Origin: an uncultured Vicinamibacteraceae bacterium
GTDB taxonomy: Bacteria > Acidobacteriota > Vicinamibacteria > Vicinamibacterales > UBA8438
Reading direction: 5' to 3'
DNA length: 41,308 nucleotides
Assembly: GCA_964634175.1 (NCBI GenBank)
Contig: CAZWIL010000003.1
Location: forward strand, 1 to 41,308
Under the pieces are notes generated by a model, which was given only the letters and a program-made list of their open reading frames with translations, was not told the origin of the DNA and did not search any database. Shown here in pieces: positions 17,779-27,323 of this stretch. How positions within the stretch are numbered: the first letter of the stretch is position 1; each line of letters starts with the position of its first letter. Position numbers and translations under genes: made by a program.

Positions 17779-20700
17779 TCAGTTCTCTCGTGACAGTGCT
17801 CGATAGTACTCTTCGATCATGTCGCGGAAACCGGGCGGCACGTCGTCTGACGAAGCGAGAAATAAATCTTCGTTTTCGTCGTCAATCTCCCGGCGGAGCC
17901 TATACTCGAAGCGCTTCAGTTCCTCTCTCAAAAAACTCTGAAGTCGGGCGATCTCTTCCGAATCTTGGTACATTCGAGTGTCGTCTAACTGCTGCATCTG
18001 ACGAATTATTTCATCCAGATCGCCGGCCGAGAATTCCTCCTCTTGAAGTGCTCGTCGAATATCCTGGGCCTCGCCGAGACGCTGACGGAACTCGCGTTGC
18101 CATTGGCGAATATCGTCCGGATCGAATTCGGTCGGGCGGCGATTGCCATATCCACCACCTGCGTACGCACCGCCCAAAGAATCGCCAACACCTGGTTGCC
18201 CATCGGCGGGATTGGGTTGTTCACTACCCTGCTGGCCTGACCCAGTCTGACCAGCTTGTTGACCACCTTGCCCCTGTCCCTGTTGGCCCTCTTCGCCTGA
18301 CTGATTCTCATTTTCAGACCACATACGGTGCTCTAGGGAGTCCAGGCCGCGCATGAGATCCCGGGTCTGATCGAGCGCCTCCGTCAGGGCATCACCCTGG
18401 GTGTTGCCCACGGCCTCTGCAGCGGCACGGAGATGCTCTCGAAGATCTTCGATGTCATTTGTGATCTGCTCCTCAAAGGCTTCGGCCGTGTCGCTCGCAC
18501 GGCTGCGAATCACGCCTTTGGTATATCTGATCTTTTCCTTAAGTTTGTTGTCTCGAATGCTATTCGCTGCGTCCTGTAAACTCCGCGAGCTGTTCCGTTC
18601 CTCGCGTCTGAATTCGGCTGATGTGGAATCAATCTGTCGCTCAAGGTCAGCTACTTCGGCTTCCATGGCATCCTTGCGCTCCATGAGACCCCGCAACTGT
18701 TCAAGGCGTTGCTCGTCATTCAAATCCGGTAGTCGATTGACACCGCTGGCAACTTCACGTTCTTCGTCGGCTAAACGATTAGCCCGCCGTAATGCTTCAT
18801 CAATATCGCGTTCAAGTCGACCCGTCTGCTCCTGTCGAAGCCGGTCTTGAACTTCACGAAGACGATCCAGTGCCGCTCCAGCTTCGGAAAACCCAAGGTT
18901 GTCACTGTTTGCCGCCGCACGCCGCATTGCATCCGCGGCCTGCTGAAGTCGTCGGGCCGCGTCCATCATCTGCGGGGAGTTTTGTTCGCGCGCTAATCGT
19001 TCCAGCCGCCGGGCAGCCTCTTCGGCCTCTTCGGCCAATTCTCGCTGCGCCGCTGTCCCTCCACCTTGGGCCGACTGTTGCCCGCGGAATCGTCTTTGCT
19101 GACGCTCCGCTTCACGTTCCTGGCGCCGAGCGAGCTCGCGTAATCGTTCCATCAACTCGTCTACTGTGTTGTCTGCCTGCTGCTGTTCCCCTCGTTGCAT
19201 CGTCTCATACTGATTCTGAAACTTGTCCAGTTCCAGCTCGAACAAATCGGCCAAATCTTCGGCAGCCTGGCTTTGGCTCCCGCCGCCGCCGCCACCGCCG
19301 CCACCCATCTGCACCATGACCTCTTCGTACGCTTCTTCTGCTCGCTGTAAAAATTGCAATGCGCGCTGTTCAGGTGGAAGTGCCCCGTCGGCATCCTGAT
19401 CTTGTAATTGCTCTTCTGCCTCACGCATGGCGTCCGCCGCTTGGGGAAGAATTTCAGAAATCGAACGAAATGCAGGATCCGCAGGCATCACCCGACTGTT
19501 CATCCGGCGCAGCAACGTCTCGACCTGCTCGCGGAGTCGGCCCTGAGCCAAGGTAAGAAAAACGACATTCTCTTGATACTCTTCAGCCGAATATGAATCT
19601 TCGTCTCGAACGACGTTGAAAGTCCCGGACACGATCTCCTTCTGTGCTTCTGACAATGCCCTCGGGTCGGCACCACCGGCACCGCCACCGCCACCGCCAC
19701 CGCCCTGCGATTGGCCAGCTCGAAAATCTCGGCTGAAAGCACGAATCTGGACAAAGTAAAGATCGCTTTTGACATCCTTGTTCTCTTGGGCAAGGTTACG
19801 GTCAGTTGCCCGGGCGTAGTAGGAAACAAAGTCACCCGGCTCCAGCGGGAGGTCTTCAAGAAAAAAGGTGTGGCCGGCGGCAACCTCTGTCAGTGCATTT
19901 TCGCCGCCACTATAGAGCCGAACCGTTTCTTCGGAACCACCATTGACACTGTAGACCAAGTCAAGAGAACGCAGCCCAAAGTCATCATCGGCACGTGCCT
20001 CGATAAAAAGTTCTTCAATCGCACTCGCCGTAGTATCACGTCCAGGGTTGAGAAACATGACAGAGGGAGGCTGGTCGGTCAACACGTCAATGGTGAATTG
20101 AGGCGAGGCCGTCACCATCTCACCCTCAGAACTTTCCAAGTCGATCCGATAGAAACCGTCTTTTTCAACTACAAACCGACCGGTCAGGGAACCATCCGGT
20201 TCGAGAACGAGGTCAGTCTCGTTTTCTTCATCCAAAACCATCTGTCCACCAGAGGTGGACAGCGTTGGAAAAGCGCGGAGTCGAACCTCTGTCCCACTCA
20301 GCACGGCGATATCGCCACCCTCTTCGACCAATCGCGGCTCAAGTCCCGTATAGGATGGAAAGACATACTCGTGCTCGAGACGTTCGACGTAAGGCAGGTC
20401 CACAACCTCCAAGGTAAAAGTCCCAGATTCCACGCCGACCGCTTCCACAAAGTAGTCGGTACTCTCCTGCACATCAAACAAAAGCACTTCAAACAGGCCT
20501 GGGTCTTCAAGGGGAATGAGCGGCAATCGTTCGAACGGGACACTTTCGTTTGACCGTACAAAAAGGGTCACCTGATCCGTTCCGAAGCCATCCAAGGTTG
20601 CGGTAATTGCTTGGTCGGAACCGCGAGCTATTGTCGCATCGCCAGGAAAAACGGCGATCCGATAAGGGCTGGCGGCTTCCGCGCTACCCATCGGCGTAAG

Positions 20701-21300
20701 CAGCGCCATGACACCGTGTCGCAAATAGGTTGGACCAAAAAGAAATAGCAGCAGTGCTAACACTACACCAGCCCCGAGCCACCCAGACGAGCCCTGAATC
20801 CGCTGATGCTCAACGGCCCGGCCCATGTCTACATCGCGAATCTTTTCCGCTGCGGATTCAACGAGTTTCCCCACTAACTTCGGGGAGTAGTCAAGGCCAG
20901 CCGCGCGGTCACCTTTTCGCGTTTCTTCGACCGCACTTAGCACAGCTGCCTGAAGTGACGGTTCGTGTTCCTCAAGATAGAGCGCCACCTGCTCATCAGA
21001 AACGTGGCGCAGCAAGGGTCGGACAAAGAACCACCACCCGAACCCCAATAGAGCACCGTACGTGACGATCCGAAATGTGATTATTGCAGCTGGTGTAAAC
21101 CGGTAGACCTCAAGCCCCCACGCCGACACAACCAGTGTCCCCAGCAACGCAGCAATGACAACCGCGAAGCCTCGGAGCGCGATCCTCAGACGCCACCGAT
21201 TTCGCACCTGACGGATCACTCGAAGAATTTCGTCACGATCGGTAGGAAGGAGCGATTGGCCGGATATTATGCCCATTCTTCTGTCACCCTTTGGTTCCAA
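17779..21300 (-). CDS. Large membrane protein, DUF4175-like (3 TM, beta-rich modules, Gly tracts, long E/R/Q coiled-coil tail)
   Basis: The track ORF is 1173 aa from a TTG at 21300. The more likely start is the ATG at 21276 (MGIISGQ), which is preceded by AGGGTGA. TM helices lie near residues 45-95 and about 175-195. It is the only long ORF here and is co-directional with the MoxR cluster. Confidence 0.75.
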   Translation of the reverse strand: MEPKGDRRMGIISGQSLLPTDRDEILRVIRQVRNRWRLRIALRGFAVVIAALLGTLVVSAWGLEVYRFTPAAIITFRIVTYGALLGFGWWFFVRPLLRHVSDEQVALYLEEHEPSLQAAVLSAVEETRKGDRAAGLDYSPKLVGKLVESAAEKIRDVDMGRAVEHQRIQGSSGWLGAGVVLALLLFLFGPTYLRHGVMALLTPMGSAEAASPYRIAVFPGDATIARGSDQAITATLDGFGTDQVTLFVRSNESVPFERLPLIPLEDPGLFEVLLFDVQESTDYFVEAVGVESGTFTLEVVDLPYVERLEHEYVFPSYTGLEPRLVEEGGDIAVLSGTEVRLRAFPTLSTSGGQMVLDEENETDLVLEPDGSLTGRFVVEKDGFYRIDLESSEGEMVTASPQFTIDVLTDQPPSVMFLNPGRDTTASAIEELFIEARADDDFGLRSLDLVYSVNGGSEETVRLYSGGENALTEVAAGHTFFLEDLPLEPGDFVSYYARATDRNLAQENKDVKSDLYFVQIRAFSRDFRAGQSQGGGGGGGGAGGADPRALSEAQKEIVSGTFNVVRDEDSYSAEEYQENVVFLTLAQGRLREQVETLLRRMNSRVMPADPAFRSISEILPQAADAMREAEEQLQDQDADGALPPEQRALQFLQRAEEAYEEVMVQMGGGGGGGGGSQSQAAEDLADLFELELDKFQNQYETMQRGEQQQADNTVDELMERLRELARRQEREAERQQRRFRGQQSAQGGGTAAQRELAEEAEEAARRLERLAREQNSPQMMDAARRLQQAADAMRRAAANSDNLGFSEAGAALDRLREVQDRLRQEQTGRLERDIDEALRRANRLADEEREVASGVNRLPDLNDEQRLEQLRGLMERKDAMEAEVADLERQIDSTSAEFRREERNSSRSLQDAANSIRDNKLKEKIRYTKGVIRSRASDTAEAFEEQITNDIEDLREHLRAAAEAVGNTQGDALTEALDQTRDLMRGLDSLEHRMWSENENQSGEEGQQGQGQGGQQAGQTGSGQQGSEQPNPADGQPGVGDSLGGAYAGGGYGNRRPTEFDPDDIRQWQREFRQRLGEAQDIRRALQEEEFSAGDLDEIIRQMQQLDDTRMYQDSEEIARLQSFLREELKRFEYRLRREIDDENEDLFLASSDDVPPGFRDMIEEYYRALSREN
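19279..19306 (-). repeat. In-frame (GGN)n low-complexity tract encoding Gly9
   Basis: The plus strand reads cccgccgccgccgccaccgccgccaccc, which encodes MGGGGGGGGGSQ within the 1173-aa protein. Confidence 0.85.
19672..19705 (-). repeat. In-frame (GGN)n low-complexity tract encoding Gly8-Ala-Gly2
   Basis: The plus strand reads accaccggcaccgccaccgccaccgccaccgccc, which encodes QGGGGGGGGAGGA within the same protein, about 390 nt from the other tract. Confidence 0.85.
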
Positions 21301-21347
21301 TTACCCGAGTACAACATACCTATGTCACATCCGCCAGTCTTTACTGT

Positions 21348-23432
21348 CTAGTCAGCATTTAATGCAGTCCGTGAAAGTCGATTCGACACAACCGTCTCTG
21401 CGACAAACAGCATAAACACCGCAATAAGTAAATACCACCAGATACCCTGTCGCTGCTCCAAATCCTCAGACGCAAACACTCTGGCCTCACCCGTGGGAGC
21501 TACAGCAGCTTGTCCATCCACCATACGCCCCGTAAGGCTAATGGCCAATTCCTCAGGATCGACTGCCGTAAGATCTGATTCAGTCAAGTCCACATTCACT
21601 GCTAGCGTCAGCGGGAAATCGGATGTAGTCGTAGCGTCGTGCACCTCGTATACACCCTGTTCGGTCATCGTCAGAAAACCTGCTCGCGCCCCTTCACTAA
21701 CCGGAATGCGATCGCCAGAGGGCGCGATCGCCACAAGATCAGCGTCGCTGAGACCGGCACTCGCCAAGAGACCATCTTGCTCAGCCAGATTGAGCACTTG
21801 GCCCGCTAATGCCCAAGGTTGCGACGGCGAATAGTCTGCCAAATATTCAACCAGCCTGTGAACAAACGGCAGATACACGGGTTTTAGCGCAAGATCATTC
21901 CAAAAATTGTCGAGCGTTGACGCCCAAAAGAACACCCGACCACTATTCACTCGGTGCTCGAGAAGCGCAGGACTCCCATCGTCGAACCGAGCAATGACGG
22001 AAGTTAATTCATCAACCTCAATTGGACGATACCGAAAAAACCGCGCAGTAGTGACATCACCACTACGCGGCGCGCTAAATAACTCAAACACAGGATGGCT
22101 ATAGTCCACAAAACCCAAGCCCGCACCACGACCAGCTCGGTCGACTGGGCGACCAAGCGGCCCAGGCAACAGATCAGGGGCGTCTGCTGGCCATTCGCTA
22201 CGCTCACCAGCAACCACCAACAACCCACCGCCGTTCGCAACAAACTCTTGCAGCGCCTCGCCTGCTGGACCAATCGGAGGGCCTGCGTCATTCAGCACCA
22301 CGACCTGTCGGTCCAGCAAATCCTGGGCTCGAAAACTCGTAACTGTCGTAGTAGTAACATCAAATGCCGGGCTTGAACCAATGCCCAAGGCACGACGCAG
22401 ATACAAAGCATCCGCCGGACCACTACGGTCATTGCCAATAACCAACACGCCCACCACCTGGCCAGGCGAAATGACAAAGTGAAACACATCGTCAGTAGGA
22501 AGACGGTCGCCGTCAGTCCGCACCGTACCAGTCACGGGGCGCGCACCAACCGTGACTGGCGCAAAATTCACGGTTGCTGACCCGTTAGCTGGTAAATCTG
22601 TCGCTACCGTTTCGACATCTCGCCCTTCTATTGCCAGGGAGAGATTGATCGCACTGACTGGACCTTCCCCGCGATTAGTTACTCGCGCGACTACGGAAAC
22701 GCGCTCGCGCCCCGAAAAAAACTCTCGCTCAAACAGGACGCCGGCAACGCTTACGTTTTCTACCGCGGCTTCAGTCGCCACAGAAATAGGAGTCACGATG
22801 GTGCCCTGAGGAAAACGGATTCCCGAAGCACTTTCTACGCCTATGCGTTGAAAGTCACTTATCAACACTGCCTCAAGTTCGGGAAGATTCGAGCCATCAA
22901 AGATCCCTTCGGCAAGTTTCATCGCCGGACCGTAGCGAGTTGCCCCGGAACCGGTCTCTGCATCTTCGACCAGTCCTAGAAGACTCGCCCGGTCGGTAGT
23001 CGAACGTGCTCCCGCCTGAGCTCCACTATCAAACAAAATCACGGTCGCCTGGTCCTCAGCCCTCAATCCATTGATCACGTCCCGGGCGGCATCTCTGGCT
23101 CGGTCCCAACGGCCGTCGTACACCATGCTGTAGGACCGGTCGAGCAAAATCACGACTTCACGGGCTGTTGAGGTCACTGCGGCCAGCGATCCTGCCGGAA
23201 AAAATGGGCGTGCAAACGCCCCAAGCAACAGGGCCACGGCAGCACACCGAAGCAGTAGTAGAAACCAGTTTCGAATTCGCTGCCGGCGAAACGAATGGAA
23301 AGGAATCTTACGAATGAACATCAATGAGGGAAATTCAATGACCTCTTTTCGTTCACGTTGGATCATATGGATGATCACGGGCACGGCAAGCGTTGCCAAG
23401 CCAAGTAAGAACAAAGGAGCCAGAAAACCCAT
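21348..23432 (-). CDS. BatA-like N-terminal double-TM plus VWA domain membrane protein
   Basis: 694 aa. The N-terminus MGFLAPLFLLGLATLAVPVIIHMIQRERK is the aerotolerance BatA-type double-TM signature. The MIDAS motif reads LLDRSYSM. There is a C-terminal TM (IWWYLLIAVFMLFVAE). Its ATG overlaps the DUF58 stop by 1 nt. Confidence 0.85.
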   Translation of the reverse strand: MGFLAPLFLLGLATLAVPVIIHMIQRERKEVIEFPSLMFIRKIPFHSFRRQRIRNWFLLLLRCAAVALLLGAFARPFFPAGSLAAVTSTAREVVILLDRSYSMVYDGRWDRARDAARDVINGLRAEDQATVILFDSGAQAGARSTTDRASLLGLVEDAETGSGATRYGPAMKLAEGIFDGSNLPELEAVLISDFQRIGVESASGIRFPQGTIVTPISVATEAAVENVSVAGVLFEREFFSGRERVSVVARVTNRGEGPVSAINLSLAIEGRDVETVATDLPANGSATVNFAPVTVGARPVTGTVRTDGDRLPTDDVFHFVISPGQVVGVLVIGNDRSGPADALYLRRALGIGSSPAFDVTTTTVTSFRAQDLLDRQVVVLNDAGPPIGPAGEALQEFVANGGGLLVVAGERSEWPADAPDLLPGPLGRPVDRAGRGAGLGFVDYSHPVFELFSAPRSGDVTTARFFRYRPIEVDELTSVIARFDDGSPALLEHRVNSGRVFFWASTLDNFWNDLALKPVYLPFVHRLVEYLADYSPSQPWALAGQVLNLAEQDGLLASAGLSDADLVAIAPSGDRIPVSEGARAGFLTMTEQGVYEVHDATTTSDFPLTLAVNVDLTESDLTAVDPEELAISLTGRMVDGQAAVAPTGEARVFASEDLEQRQGIWWYLLIAVFMLFVAETVVSNRLSRTALNAD

Positions 23433-24343
23433 CAGCGCACCCGACTCAATTTCTCTCGCATCGCAAGAAACTTAAACAACGCATGGTCAATTGGCGTAGC
23501 GGTATTAAACAACGCGTAATCAATCCGATTCTCACCGCACAGTTTCGACAAAGCAGTAATGTGCTCCTGAATTAGTTCGCGGTATTGCTCTCGGAGCTTC
23601 GCTGGCACAACGGGCATCTTTCGGCCCGTCTCAAGGTCTTGAAAGCTCGTTGGGTCCTCGTATGGAAAATCAATCTCGGCTGGATCCAAAACCTGAAAGA
23701 CAATCAGATCATTGCCCCCATAGCTCAACGGCTTAAGCATGTCGACAACCTTCTTTGGATCTTCATAGAAATCCGAAATCACTACGATAATGCCTCGCCG
23801 CTTAAAGAACTCGGTCGCGCGGAAGAAAGGCCGCTCGAGAGAACCAGGCTGACCGGCGTCAATGCGATCCAGTTCGTGCAGGATCACGTCCAGATGTTTC
23901 GCCGAAGGAGGCACCCGAGTAACGATGTCAGCATCAAAGGTAACCAGACCAACCCGGTCACGTTGCCTCGTGCAGAAATAGGTCAGACACGCCGCCAGGT
24001 AACGTCCATAGTCGAGCTTGGTCAGTGTTTGACTTTTAAAGTTCATCGACCGGGACACGTCGAGCATGACCGAAAAATTAGCGTTGGTGTCAGCTTCGAA
24101 CTGCTTAACGTAAAAGCGGTCGGTTCGAGCAAACACTCGCCAATCAATGAAGCGGATGTCATCTCCAGGCATGTACCCGCGGTGCTCAGCAAAATCTACC
24201 GACACTCCTAAATAAGGAGCCTTGTGTAACCCGTTAATGAAACCGTCAACGACCGTACGTGCCAAGAGTTCAAGACTGCCAATCCTCGCCAGAACTTTCG
24301 GATCGACAAACCGGGCTCCAGCAACGGTCTGCTCAGTATCCAT
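23432..24343 (-). CDS. DUF58 family (VWA-like) protein, MoxR partner
   Basis: 303 aa. It contains HRGYMPGDDIRFIDWRVFARTDRFYVKQFE, typical of DUF58, followed by a VWA-like VGLVTFD. It lies 8 nt downstream of the MoxR gene. Confidence 0.88.
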   Translation of the reverse strand: MDTEQTVAGARFVDPKVLARIGSLELLARTVVDGFINGLHKAPYLGVSVDFAEHRGYMPGDDIRFIDWRVFARTDRFYVKQFEADTNANFSVMLDVSRSMNFKSQTLTKLDYGRYLAACLTYFCTRQRDRVGLVTFDADIVTRVPPSAKHLDVILHELDRIDAGQPGSLERPFFRATEFFKRRGIIVVISDFYEDPKKVVDMLKPLSYGGNDLIVFQVLDPAEIDFPYEDPTSFQDLETGRKMPVVPAKLREQYRELIQEHITALSKLCGENRIDYALFNTATPIDHALFKFLAMREKLSRVR

Positions 24344-24351
24344 CTTGCAAT

Positions 24352-25395
24352 CTACATCTTCGATGCCGGGACCGGCACGGCATCGAGCAACTGTTCAACC
24401 ACTTGGTCGGAGGTGATGCCTTCGGACTCAGCATGAAAGTTAAGCAGGATACGATGACGAAGCACCGGGTTGGCCAATGCCCGGATATCATCGAAGTTGA
24501 CATGGTAACGTCCCTGAGTCACGGCGCGAGCTTTGCCCCCCAGGATCAAGTACTGCGCGGCGCGGACACTGGCTCCATACGCAACCCACTTTTTCACGAA
24601 ATCAGGCGCATCCTGCCCCTTCGACCGACTGGTACGCACGAGGCTCAGCGCGTAGCGCAGAACTGACTCCGAAACCGGCACCTTCCGCACCAGTTGCTGA
24701 AACGCAACAAGGTCGGCACCAGTCACCGCATGTTGAAACTCGGGTTTCTGGACTATCGTTGTCGTGCGAACGACTTCAAGCTCTTCGTCCTCGGGCGGAT
24801 GTTGAATGACGATGTGAAACATGAAACGGTCGAGTTGAGCCTCGGGAAGGGGGTAGGTGCCCTCCAACTCGATCGGGTTCTGCGTCGCGAACACAAAAAA
24901 CGGTTCATCAAGCTCGTAAGTCCTGCCCTGCACTGTGACCCGATGCTCCTGCATCGCTTCCAGCAAAGCTGACTGGGTTTTCGGCGGGGTCCGGTTAATC
25001 TCATCGGCCAGGAGAATGTTCGTAAACACTGGCCCTGGCGCAAAGATCATCTTGCGGTTACCAGTCTCAGGATCTTCCTGAATGATGTCCGTGCCGGTAA
25101 TATCAGATGGCATTAAATCTGGCGTGAACTGAATTCGTGAAAACTTAAGGTCCAACACCTTCGCCATGGTTTGTATGAGCAATGTCTTCGCAAGCCCAGG
25201 CACTCCCACGATCAAACTGTTCCCTCCGACGAACAGGGTCAGAAGGGTTTGTTCGATTACCTCCTGCTGGCCAATAATGAGCTTGTGTAATTCCGCAAGG
25301 ATGCCTTCGCGACCAGCTTTCAGCTTATCGGCCAGGGCGATGTCATCAGGCGCCTCAAGGTCTCTGGGTTCGTCCGGCTTTAGATCAAGATCCAA
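24352..25395 (-). CDS. MoxR-family AAA+ ATPase
   Basis: 347 aa. Walker A is GVPGLAKT and Walker B is LLADEINR. FFVFATQNPIE and the DRF string are typical of MoxR/AAA_3. Confidence 0.95.
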   Translation of the reverse strand: MDLDLKPDEPRDLEAPDDIALADKLKAGREGILAELHKLIIGQQEVIEQTLLTLFVGGNSLIVGVPGLAKTLLIQTMAKVLDLKFSRIQFTPDLMPSDITGTDIIQEDPETGNRKMIFAPGPVFTNILLADEINRTPPKTQSALLEAMQEHRVTVQGRTYELDEPFFVFATQNPIELEGTYPLPEAQLDRFMFHIVIQHPPEDEELEVVRTTTIVQKPEFQHAVTGADLVAFQQLVRKVPVSESVLRYALSLVRTSRSKGQDAPDFVKKWVAYGASVRAAQYLILGGKARAVTQGRYHVNFDDIRALANPVLRHRILLNFHAESEGITSDQVVEQLLDAVPVPASKM

Positions 25396-25443
25396 TGGTG
25401 CTCCTTACTTTCGAAGGCCTCAGGAAAAATTCTTGAGCCTCCC

Positions 25444-26274
25444 TTAATGTGTCATTGCGTACATCACGTAATTGACGCCAAATTTGTAAGCTTCGTTTGT
25501 TAGATCGATCGGTAGCCAACCCGTATCAGAGTACTCCCAGTACTCGCCGATATCATTATTGTAGTTGGCAACTATCATCAGTCTGGCGTCTGGGTCGTTA
25601 TCTTCAAAAACACCGAAAAATCTCGGAGGTAATCCATACATCCAATCGTCCATTTCGAGAGTCTTAATGTCAAAAAATGAATGGAAAACCGGGTGTGAAA
25701 TATCAAGTTCCACAAGTTGGGCATCTGGCAACACTCGCTTCAGTTGCGCTTCGAAGTTGTACCAATGCTCACCGCGAAAATCATCAAAGATCAAAAACCC
25801 ACCTTTGAGTAGATAGCTGCGCAGGCTTTCCGCCTCAGTATCTGTCTGGGTCCAATAGCCGGGTTCCGACATATATGCGAACGGAAATCTGTGAAGCTCG
25901 GAGTCTCCGGATGCCAACACGTTCCCGGCGCCGGCACCCTGAAACAGATTCAGAGAGGTCACTTCGTCAAGAATTTTCGTCAGGTTCCGCTCGGCTCTCG
26001 GGTAGTCGTGCGCCCACGGCAAATCACGTCCGCCAAGGAAAGACCCTCCGCGGAGGCTCATCTCGTAGCTCAACCGAACGAATGTGAAACCACCATCGTA
26101 TTCAGGATTCTCACTGGAGACATCCAGACTCGAACCTGCACCAACTGGTGTCAACGCAAGGAGGCTCAAAACTACAAGTCCTGACACGGCCGCAGAAGTC
26201 ATTGGCCGTGGCACGCACCTCACTCGATTCGGAAACCTCGTCGGTTTTAACGTTGACTCGCGACTGTCTGTCAT
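25444..26274 (-). CDS. DUF4159 domain protein, secreted (paralog 2 of 3)
   Basis: 276 aa with a hydrophobic signal after Met25. Shared motifs are FPFAYMSEPG, YLLKGGFLIFDDFRG and a C-terminal MYAMTH. Its ATG overlaps the upstream stop by 1 nt. Confidence 0.8.
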   Translation of the reverse strand: MTDSRESTLKPTRFPNRVRCVPRPMTSAAVSGLVVLSLLALTPVGAGSSLDVSSENPEYDGGFTFVRLSYEMSLRGGSFLGGRDLPWAHDYPRAERNLTKILDEVTSLNLFQGAGAGNVLASGDSELHRFPFAYMSEPGYWTQTDTEAESLRSYLLKGGFLIFDDFRGEHWYNFEAQLKRVLPDAQLVELDISHPVFHSFFDIKTLEMDDWMYGLPPRFFGVFEDNDPDARLMIVANYNNDIGEYWEYSDTGWLPIDLTNEAYKFGVNYVMYAMTH

Positions 26275-27323
26275 TAGCGGTCCGTTGGGCTACCTGAAAC
26301 TGCCTCGAGTTCACGGATTTCTCGACTCTTAAGCGCCAGCTCGATCATGATTTTTTCAAGCTCCTCTTGGTACTGCCGCTGGTCGCTCCCGCCCCGGATT
26401 CGTCTTAAGTCATCGACTCGCGCTTCAAGCTCTTGCCGTTCCTGATAGAGGACTTCAAGCGCTGGATTGTTGAATGTGCGGCCAGGCTGCCCTTGGCTTC
26501 CACTCGTAAAGAAGAGTGTGCGCGCTACCAAGCCATCCGGGTTGTCGCCTGATAGTGGATCTGGCTCGTCAGTGCCTTCTCCATCGCCGTTGTCGTCCAA
26601 CAGAGCGTGTTCAGTGGTTAATAAACCGTCAGCCTCGTAACTCTGCACAACCCGCGCACGGGCATAAGAGAAGGCTTCCAGCATCGACACGCGCCGATCT
26701 CGGTTCTGGTCAGCATCATCCTCACCACCCGCAAACGCTGCCACAAAATAACCCCCGAAGACCGAGGCATTTCGCTCGCCCCCTGTCCTTGTCGCGGTCA
26801 TCACTGTTCGACCCTGAGCCGACAATGTTTCAACAAAGGGACCGCTAGCACTTGCAGTATTAACGAATGTCACTTGCTGTCCATCCAATTTTTCAAGCAG
26901 CGTAGCGAAATCCTCCGCGGACAAGTCCCGCCGCGGAAGATTGATACGAGCCGCATCCGTGAAGCTTCCGTGACCAAAAAGCACTATGACCACGTGATCG
27001 CCCGACGAAGCCCGGTCAGAAATCGTCTGAATTGCGGATTCGACATTCTCGCGGGTTGACCGATCGGCAATTGCCTCTGGATCAAGGTCCGGCTTCTCGC
27101 CGAGGTAAGTAATCCCTTCTGGCGGCACGTTATACCGGTTCTCTGCCGCACCGATTAAAGTCATCGCCCACTCATGAAACTGCTGCGTGTAATCGGGGTC
27201 GCCGCCCAGACCGGTAATAACCAACAAATGAGTCTGGTTCGTCTGAGCTTCAATTGCGGGGTTGCTCATCGACACCAGGACAACCACCAAGACAATCACC
27301 TGTCGGGCGTCGAATCGCTTCAT
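26274..27323 (-). CDS. Secreted legumain/caspase-fold (peptidase C13-like) protein with Ser at the catalytic Cys position and a C-terminal coiled coil
   Basis: The track ORF extends to 27353, but the ATG at 27323 forms an ATGA overlap with the upstream stop and gives the signal peptide MKRFDARQVIVLVVVLVSMSNPAIEA. The His-Gly strand reads HVVIVLFGHGS. The nucleophile strand reads VTFVNTASASGPF, against the usual xAC(x)SG. A caspase-fold-like DDADQNRDRRVSMLEAFSY helix follows. Confidence 0.6.
   Translation of the reverse strand: MKRFDARQVIVLVVVLVSMSNPAIEAQTNQTHLLVITGLGGDPDYTQQFHEWAMTLIGAAENRYNVPPEGITYLGEKPDLDPEAIADRSTRENVESAIQTISDRASSGDHVVIVLFGHGSFTDAARINLPRRDLSAEDFATLLEKLDGQQVTFVNTASASGPFVETLSAQGRTVMTATRTGGERNASVFGGYFVAAFAGGEDDADQNRDRRVSMLEAFSYARARVVQSYEADGLLTTEHALLDDNGDGEGTDEPDPLSGDNPDGLVARTLFFTSGSQGQPGRTFNNPALEVLYQERQELEARVDDLRRIRGGSDQRQYQEELEKIMIELALKSREIRELEAVSGSPTDR

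Noticed and set aside
19279-19705. GCC/ACC-rich reiterations as a possible tandem-repeat locus or CRISPR-like array
   Set aside because: There are only two short tracts, both in-frame (GGN)n encoding poly-Gly within one CDS. There is no repeat-spacer periodicity.
19711-20553. 280-aa plus-strand ORF, and other long antisense ORFs (17772-18356, 18401-18850, 18792-19319, 23585-24211, 33110-33634)
   Set aside because: All lie entirely inside confidently called minus-strand genes. Their translations are low-complexity and Arg/Ser/Pro-rich with no motifs. This is typical of shadow frames of genes with skewed codon usage.
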